A stretch of 64,000 bases of DNA from a bacterium (GTDB taxonomy: Bacteria > Myxococcota_A > UBA9042). Numbering within the stretch: position 1 is the first letter of the stretch; every line of letters begins with the position of its first letter. A program made the translations under genes and the position numbers. Shown one piece after another: positions 58,480 through 64,000 of this stretch. The notes under the pieces were generated by a model. The model made no database searches and had not been told where the DNA came from. It was given only the letters and a program-made list of their open reading frames with translations. The stretch lies in the NCBI GenBank assembly GCA_030425545.1, contig JAUIAC010000002.1, forward strand, positions 2,778 through 66,777. The letters are read 5' to 3'.

Positions 58480-60201
58480 TGTCACCGCAGGTCCGCCAGG
58501 AGGTCGCCCAGATCCTGGGGCACCACTCCCCTGGCCTCGATGTGTCGCCGAGCGTCCGCATCGATGACTGGGGCGATGGCCATCTTCTCGATGGTCCAGG
58601 CCTGGTACGAGGGATGCGCGTCCAGGAAGCGTCCGATGTGCCCCTCGAAGCCGGGGAGGTCGCCTCCAAGCTTCTTCGCCGAGCGCTTGCAGGTCCCAAA
58701 GCGGATCACACGGTCCACCTCGTTGAGCGCGACCAGGTCGATCTCGGTGTCCGAACGGTCCCAGTACCCCTGGATTCGATGAGTCAGGGGAAAGTCGCCG
58801 ACCCCCTTTCGGCTCCGCTCCTCGTAGAGCTGGCCGACCAGACGCTCCAGGCCAAAGCCCTCCGCCTCGTGAAGCCACCGGTCAGCCTGCGCGACGAGCA
58901 GGGCCTCTGGCCGAAAGTTGATGGCCGCCACGGGGTTGGCCAAGCCCGACAGCCACGCCCGCAGGAAGTTGTCTCGAAGGTAGTAGCGTCCGCGTCGGGC
59001 CTTGGGGCGGGCGAGGATGGGGAGCCGCTTCTCCACCATGCGGTACTTGTCTCGGAGGATCTTGAGGTAGCCCCCCACCTGCTCCTGAGTCCCCGGGCTG
59101 ACATCGCCCACGTGGGCCTTGAGGTCGCCGTTCGTGCAGCCCGGATGGCGGGCGATGTACTTGAGGATCACGTCGTAGCGACCACGCAGCTCACTCAGAA
59201 ACCAGTGGTCCGCCTCGGCCCGAAGCGGCGACGAGCTGCGAAAGAACATGCGGGACAGCAACGCTCGGCGGTCGGCGGCAAGGACGCCCTGCTCGAAGCA
59301 GTCTCGGTAGAACTTGGGCACGCCCTCGAAGAGGTTCCACAGAAAGAGCAGCCGCTCAGGATCGTCGTCGGCATGGTCGAGGAGCAGCGCTTGGATTGAG
59401 GCGATGTCCAGATGTTCCAGCTCGAGATGGTCGGTGGTTCGGTTGTAGAGGGGGGCCGTCCGGTCTTCGAGCAGGGCAACCAGCTCGGTATGCAGGGATC
59501 CGAGCACGAAGAGGCCCCCCGGGACGTTGGCGGCGTCCGCCGACAGCTCGTCTACGACGGCCTGGAGATGGGACGTGAACTCGTAGAGATGCTTGCGACT
59601 AAAATACTGAAACTCGTCGAGCGCCACGACGTAGCCAGCCCTGGCGAGCTCCCCGACCAGCCGAGCCAGCTCGCGAAGGCTGCGGGGCCTCGCAAAGCGC
59701 TCCACCGGGATGCCAAATGTGTCCATGCTGTCCGCGACGGCAGACAGCACACCGGCGGCGGCGGAGTCAGGGATCTGAACGTAGAGGACGTCCGTCGTGC
59801 CGACGGCTTGGAGGGCGTGCTGGACGAGCGTCGTCTTGCCAATCCGGCGGCGCCCAGTGATTCGAGCGAAGAACCACCGCTCACGCCGGAGGATGCCTTT
59901 CAGCTCGTCCAGCTCTCCGCCACGACCATAGAATCCCCAAGACATCGCCCTCTCCGAACACCAAGGTAATGTCTTTTACCCTATCGGCATAACCCGAGCA
60001 ATACGTTGAAACAACTGGGCTTCTGGATCCGCACGCAGGCCGTGTCGCCAGCCGAACAGGCCCGGCGGCACCGCTGAAGACACCCAGTTGCTGGCTGGGA
60101 GGCCTACGCTCCCCGGCGGTGGAGCTCGGATCGATCCGCCTGGGTGGCCTTCGTGGCCAGTGCGCGTTGCGGGTCGCAATCAGACCCAGACGACCAACAG
60201 A
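58480..60201. mobile_element. Single-gene insertion of about 1.7 kb carrying the DUF234 ATPase, bounded by ~80 bp direct repeats. No recombinase lies within the window.
   Basis: Direct repeats lie at 58399..58479 and 60202..60281. The right copy is the genuine 3' end of the thioredoxin-like gene. The leader at 59946..60010 is roughly 48% GC against about 70% for the surrounding DNA. Confidence 0.45.
58482..59945 (-). CDS. AAA+ ATPase of the Arch_ATPase (PF01637) plus DUF234 family.
   Basis: Walker A in ITGRRRIGKTTL. Motif VALDEFQY. The C-terminal DUF234-like region has DTEIDLVALNEVDRVIRFGTCKRS. Codon usage is atypical (TAT, AAA, TTT codons) compared with neighbouring genes. Confidence 0.85.
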   Translation of the reverse strand: MSWGFYGRGGELDELKGILRRERWFFARITGRRRIGKTTLVQHALQAVGTTDVLYVQIPDSAAAGVLSAVADSMDTFGIPVERFARPRSLRELARLVGELARAGYVVALDEFQYFSRKHLYEFTSHLQAVVDELSADAANVPGGLFVLGSLHTELVALLEDRTAPLYNRTTDHLELEHLDIASIQALLLDHADDDPERLLFLWNLFEGVPKFYRDCFEQGVLAADRRALLSRMFFRSSSPLRAEADHWFLSELRGRYDVILKYIARHPGCTNGDLKAHVGDVSPGTQEQVGGYLKILRDKYRMVEKRLPILARPKARRGRYYLRDNFLRAWLSGLANPVAAINFRPEALLVAQADRWLHEAEGFGLERLVGQLYEERSRKGVGDFPLTHRIQGYWDRSDTEIDLVALNEVDRVIRFGTCKRSAKKLGGDLPGFEGHIGRFLDAHPSYQAWTIEKMAIAPVIDADARRHIEARGVVPQDLGDLLADLR

Positions 60202-60281
60202 GGGCCGCCGCGTGGGCGCGGACGGGGGCTCAGGCGAAGCTGTAGGCCGGCTCGGCGCCGGGCTGCCACTTGATGTTGCAG
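60202..60281. repeat. Right copy of the ~80 bp direct repeat. It covers the last 16 codons, the stop and about 28 nt downstream of the thioredoxin-like gene.
   Basis: Reverse complement of the shared segment translates to CNIKWQPGAEPAYSFA*. Confidence 0.8.
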
Positions 60282-60811
60282 CCGATGGAGGCGACCTGCT
60301 CCGCCACGGGCGGCTCGTTAGCCAGCGCGGCGTCCACGGCCGCGCGCAGCTCGTTGCCGGTGACCACAACGCCGTTGCCCGGCGTGCTCGCGTCGAAGCG
60401 CCCGCGGTAGATCAGCTCACGCTTGGCGTCGAACACGAAGAAGTCGGGCGTGCACGCGGCGCGCAGGGACCGGGCCAGGGACTGGTCGCGGTCGAAGAGG
60501 TAGGGAAAGCGAAAGCCCTCGGCCTCCGCGAGCGTGGCCATGGCCTCCGGGCCGTCTTGCGGGTGGGTCTCGACGCTGTTGCTGTTGACCGCGACGAAGG
60601 CGCCCCCCTGGTCGAGCAGGCCGTGAGCGAAGCGCACCAGCTCCGGCCGGATGTGCAACACGAAGGGGCAGTGGTTGCACACGAACGCGACCACCAGCAC
60701 CGGCGCGTCGCGGACGTCCGCCAGCGAGAAAGGCCGGTGGCGTCCGTCGGACAGCTCGATGTCCGGGCAGCTCGTCCCGAGTGGCAACATTGTAGAGCGC
60801 TTGGCGACCAT
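60230..60811 (-). CDS. Thioredoxin-fold protein (redoxin/thiol-disulfide oxidoreductase-like), 193 aa.
   Basis: Sequence PVLVVAFVCNHCPFV has a Cys-x2-Cys in a thioredoxin-fold context. GGAGAAG sits upstream of the ATG at 60811. ORF 60230..61339 is trimmed; its N-terminal extension is antisense to recQ. Confidence 0.78.
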   Translation of the reverse strand: MVAKRSTMLPLGTSCPDIELSDGRHRPFSLADVRDAPVLVVAFVCNHCPFVLHIRPELVRFAHGLLDQGGAFVAVNSNSVETHPQDGPEAMATLAEAEGFRFPYLFDRDQSLARSLRAACTPDFFVFDAKRELIYRGRFDASTPGNGVVVTGNELRAAVDAALANEPPVAEQVASIGCNIKWQPGAEPAYSFA

Positions 60812-61034
60812 GACTTCTCCGTCGGTTCGCGGGGGCGGCGTAGCATGCGGACGCCGTGAGGTCGTGACAAGTCGTACGACAGAAGATGTCCTACGAGCGG
60901 CTCCGGCAGCTTGTGCAGGAGCAGCACAGCACGTAGGACTGAGACCAGCGTGGAGCGGGACGGTCCGCTCGGACGCCAATCGACCCGGGGTCGCGCCCGC
61001 TTGAGCGCGGCGGCTCCACAGACGCGGTGCGCTC

Positions 61035-63281
61035 GTGTCCGACTCCCAGCCAGGGCTCTTCGACGACCTGTCGTGGCGGGATGCGCTGCCCAGCCAGCCG
61101 GCGTTCGAGCCGGCGATGGACGACGACCCTGGCGTCGACGTCGGCGAGGGGGGCGGTGGTGTGACCGGCGCTGGCGTGATCGGCGCTGGCATGATCGGCG
61201 CTGGCATGATCGGCGCTGGCATGATCGGTGCTGGCATGATCGGCGCTGGCGTGATCGGAGCTGGCGAGCTTCGCGGCGAAGAACCGGACGTGCGGCACCA
61301 GCGCGGAGCGCCGGATGACGACGCCGGAGCGGCCCCCAACGCGGCGAGTCCCGACCTGGCGGACGCGAGGCACCTGCTGCAGAGCGTCTGGGGTCACCCG
61401 GGCTTTCGCGCCGGACAGGAGGAGCTGGTGGCCGCCAGCCTGGCGGGCAGAGACGCGGTGGCCGTGCTGCCGACCGGCGCGGGCAAATCGCTCTGCTACC
61501 AGCTGCCGGCGGTGGCGCTCCACCGGCGCGGGCTCGGCCCCACCGTCGTCGTCAGCCCGCTGATCGCGCTGATGGACGATCAGGTCGCGGCGCTGGAGGC
61601 GGCGGGAGTCCCAGCGGCGGCCCTGCACTCAGCGAAGACGGGCACGCCGTGGTCGCATCGCAAGGCCCAGGCCGAGCAGGCGGCGCTCATCTACGTCTCC
61701 CCGGAGCGGCTCAGCAAGGTCTCGGTACAGCGCTGGCTCGCCCGCCTCGGGGTGGCCCGCGTGGTGGTCGACGAGGCGCACTGCATCTCCTCGTGGGGCC
61801 ACGACTTCCGGCCGGCCTACCGCGAGCTCACCTGGCTCAAGCCCACCCTGCAAGCGCCGGTGATGGCGGTGACCGCGACCGCGCCGCCCAAGGTGGCCGA
61901 CGACATCGTGCGCCAGCTCGAGCTGAGCGCGCCGGTGCGCCTGCGGCTGCCTGCGCGGCGGGCGAACCTGCGTTTCAGTGTGCGCCACTGCGCCAGCGAC
62001 AAGGAGCGTGTCGACATCGCCGCGACCGAGCTGAGCCGGCTGGACCTGCCTGGCGAGGGGCGCGCGCTGGTCTATGTCACCACGCGCAAGCGCACGAAGT
62101 CGGTGTGCATGGCGCTGCGCAAACGCGGCATCAACGCGACCTGGTACCACGCCGGCCGCACGGTGGGCGCCCGCGCGCAGGCGGCGGCGGCGTTCGAGAG
62201 CGGGCGCGCGCCGGTCATGGTCGCGACCACCGCGTGGGGGATGGGCATCGACCGCGCCGACGTCCGCGCCGTGGTCCACGTCCAGGCCCCTGGCAGCGTC
62301 GCGGCCTGGGCCCAGGAGGCGGGTCGAGCAGGGCGCGACGGAGCGCCCGCGCAGGTGCTGCTCCTGGTTGGCGCGTCGGACCGGATCACCCGGCGACGCC
62401 TGGTGCGGGGCGCGCCGCGCGCCATGGCCGCGTTCGAGGACCTGCTGCGGCTGGTGGGCGAGCCCCGGTGCCGGCAGGTGGCGCTCGCCGAGGTGCTACA
62501 CGGATCGCCGCCACCCAGCGAAGACCGCGTGCCCTGCGGCACCTGTGACGTGTGCGTCGACGCCGCGGCGACCCAGGCCGACGTCGCCGCCCACCGCGAG
62601 CGGGCACACCAGCGCAGCTCGGCGCGCAAGGCCCAGAAGCACGCCGACCACGCCGCCCGCCTGGACGACGCGGCGCTCGCGGAGGTGGTGCGCTTCGTCG
62701 ACCACCTCAAGCGCCCGGTCGGTCGACGGCTCGTCGCCTTGGGTCTCAAGGGCAGCCGGGCGAAGGACGTGCGCCGCAAGGCCCTGGACAAGAACCCGGT
62801 GTACGGGGCGCTCGCCGCACACCCCACGGCGGCCATCGAGCACGGCATCGAGGCGCTGCTGGAGGCCGGAAAGCTGGCCCGAAAGGGGCGCAAGTACCCC
62901 ACGGTGTGGATCGCCGACAAGCGGGTGCGACAGGCAGCGACGCCGGGGGCCAGCCGCAAGCGCGACGTCGGGCTGCGCGGCGCGCTCAAGACCTTGCGGC
63001 GGGGCGAGGCGCGCAGGCGTCGGCTCAAGCCCTACCAGGTCTTCGACAACAAGACGCTGGGCGCCATCGAGGCGCGTCGCCCCACGTCCCACGCGGAGCT
63101 GGAGGAGGTGCCCGGCATCGGCCCGGCGCGCCTCGAGAAGTACGGCGACCTGATCCTGGCGGCGGTGGCGGCGCACCCCGAGTCGAGGGGCGAGGGTCTG
63201 GCGGAGGCCAGCGACCCGCAGACCGCGGCGCACGCCGCACCGACGCCAGGGTCAAACGGCGGCGCCGAGGGCGCGTCATGA
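61035..63281 (+). CDS. recQ: RecQ-family ATP-dependent DNA helicase with a low-complexity N-terminal extension and a C-terminal HRDC domain.
   Basis: Sequence WGHPGFRAGQEELVAASLAGRDAVAVLPTGAGKSLCYQLPA is motif 0/I. Motif DEAHCISSWGHDFRPAY is present. A zinc-binding/RQC region has CRQ...CGTCDVC. HRDC-like YQVFDNKTLGAIEARRPTSHAELEEVPGIGPARLEKYG. GTG start at 61035; alternative ATG at 61117. Confidence 0.9.
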   Translation: MSDSQPGLFDDLSWRDALPSQPAFEPAMDDDPGVDVGEGGGGVTGAGVIGAGMIGAGMIGAGMIGAGMIGAGVIGAGELRGEEPDVRHQRGAPDDDAGAAPNAASPDLADARHLLQSVWGHPGFRAGQEELVAASLAGRDAVAVLPTGAGKSLCYQLPAVALHRRGLGPTVVVSPLIALMDDQVAALEAAGVPAAALHSAKTGTPWSHRKAQAEQAALIYVSPERLSKVSVQRWLARLGVARVVVDEAHCISSWGHDFRPAYRELTWLKPTLQAPVMAVTATAPPKVADDIVRQLELSAPVRLRLPARRANLRFSVRHCASDKERVDIAATELSRLDLPGEGRALVYVTTRKRTKSVCMALRKRGINATWYHAGRTVGARAQAAAAFESGRAPVMVATTAWGMGIDRADVRAVVHVQAPGSVAAWAQEAGRAGRDGAPAQVLLLVGASDRITRRRLVRGAPRAMAAFEDLLRLVGEPRCRQVALAEVLHGSPPPSEDRVPCGTCDVCVDAAATQADVAAHRERAHQRSSARKAQKHADHAARLDDAALAEVVRFVDHLKRPVGRRLVALGLKGSRAKDVRRKALDKNPVYGALAAHPTAAIEHGIEALLEAGKLARKGRKYPTVWIADKRVRQAATPGASRKRDVGLRGALKTLRRGEARRRRLKPYQVFDNKTLGAIEARRPTSHAELEEVPGIGPARLEKYGDLILAAVAAHPESRGEGLAEASDPQTAAHAAPTPGSNGGAEGAS
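61167..61265 (+). repeat. In-frame 15 bp tandem repeat, about six copies (cggcgctggcatgat), encoding (GAGMI)n in the RecQ N-terminal extension.
   Basis: Read from the sequence. Protein sequence is GAGVIGAGMIGAGMIGAGMIGAGMIGAGVIGAG. Confidence 0.8.
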
Positions 63282-64000
63282 GCGCGCCGGCCTCGGGGAT
63301 CACCGCTGCCCTCCACCGGGCGTGGATTCAGCAGCTGCGCCTGGCCTGGCAGCGCGTCAACGTCGAGCGGCTGTCGGGCCGACTGCGGCCGCCGACCTTT
63401 CGCATCGACACCGCGACGCAGCGCCTCGGGAGCTGGCACGACGCCACGCGCACCCTGACCCTGTCTGAGCACCATGTGCTCAACGATCCGTGGCGCGACG
63501 TGGTGGCGACCCTGCGCCACGAGATGGCGCATCAGGTGGTCCACGAGCTGCTGGGCGGGGCCAGCCGTCCCCACGGCGAGCGCTTCCGCGAGGCCTGCGC
63601 GCTGCTGGACATCGATCCCAGCGGCGACCCGCGCGCCCCGCAGGCAGACGCGGCAGCGGGAGACCCAGCGGGGGACACAGCGGGGGGAGCTGGCGACCCA
63701 GGCTCCGCAGCACGGACGCGGCCCCCGGCGGCGGCCAAGGCCCTGAGTCGCGTGCGCAAGCTGCTGGCCCTGGCCGAGAGCGACAACCGCAACGAGGCGG
63801 AGGCCGCCATGGCCCAGGCGCATCGGCTGCTGTTGACCCACAACCTCTCCCACCCAGTGGATCCGGCCCGACCGGACTACACCGCGCAGGTCGTCGGGCG
63901 ACCCACGGCGGCCATCCCGCTGGCGTGGAAGCTGGTCGGCGGCATCCTGGAGGCCTTCTTCTTCGTCGAGTGCGTCTGGACGACGACGTACAACCCCCGT
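63278..64000 (+). CDS. SprT-like zinc metalloprotease domain plus DUF2786. Partial; it continues past the window end.
   Basis: Sequence LRHEMAHQVVHEL is an HExxH motif. Motif KLLALAESDNRNEAEAAMAQAHRLL is the DUF2786 signature. The ATG overlaps the recQ stop as ATGA. No stop occurs before 64000. Confidence 0.7.
   Translation, partial: MSAPASGITAALHRAWIQQLRLAWQRVNVERLSGRLRPPTFRIDTATQRLGSWHDATRTLTLSEHHVLNDPWRDVVATLRHEMAHQVVHELLGGASRPHGERFREACALLDIDPSGDPRAPQADAAAGDPAGDTAGGAGDPGSAARTRPPAAAKALSRVRKLLALAESDNRNEAEAAMAQAHRLLLTHNLSHPVDPARPDYTAQVVGRPTAAIPLAWKLVGGILEAFFFVECVWTTTYNPR

Noticed and set aside
58482-59945. Considered calling the DUF234 ATPase a transposase or integrase because of the flanking direct repeats.
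   Set aside because: The protein has Walker A/B ATPase motifs and a DUF234 C-terminus, with no DDE, tyrosine- or serine-recombinase motifs. The mobility signature comes from the repeats only.

Overview
This is a 64 kb chromosomal segment at about 70% GC that is almost certainly from a myxobacterium (Myxococcota). The evidence is three large lipoproteins built from the Myxococcus cysteine-rich repeat (C-x2-D-x2-C-x5-C, roughly 38 aa period), many Ser/Thr kinases with FHA, WD40 and PilZ partners, and very high GC at third codon positions. I call about 45 protein-coding genes; most are secreted or membrane proteins and are listed with start ambiguities where they exist. Coordinates of the repeats, palindrome, hairpin and promoter were read off the printed sequence by hand and may be off by a nucleotide or two; I caught and corrected two such off-by-one slips, so the others should be re-derived computationally. 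No tRNA, rRNA, CRISPR array, transposase or integrase was recognised. The odd structures I would look at again:
- Mini-island (58399..60281): a DUF234 AAA+ ATPase gene with its own AT-richer leader sits between roughly 80 bp direct repeats that duplicate the 3' end of a thioredoxin-like gene, with no recombinase in the window.
- RND efflux operon (23132..32238): a TetR regulator, NodT-type outer-membrane lipoprotein, membrane fusion protein and RND permease run in one direction with overlapping stop/start codons, and the permease stop overlaps the start of an octaheme c-type cytochrome by one nucleotide (TGATG).
- Glycosylation operon (12973..17074): a REC-PilZ protein, a TMTC-like GT-C glycosyltransferase with a TPR tail, and a GT22 Alg9/PIG-B-like mannosyltransferase are translationally coupled.
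- Alternative r-protein pair (12119..12686): a type-B (cysteine-free) L31 and a long-form S14 sit together away from any other ribosomal gene, which fits the Zur-regulated backup pair seen in other bacteria.
- DNA repair couple (61035..64000): RecQ with a repeat-bearing N-terminal extension is coupled to a SprT-like/DUF2786 metalloprotease, and an SRAP/YedK peptidase lies nearby.
- Minisatellites: five short in-frame or stop-carrying tandem repeat arrays (15, 18 and 24 bp periods) and a perfect 36 bp GC palindrome.
- Antisense ORFs: almost every gene has a long antisense or out-of-frame ORF that is an artefact of the GC-rich, GC3-skewed coding; these are rejected.
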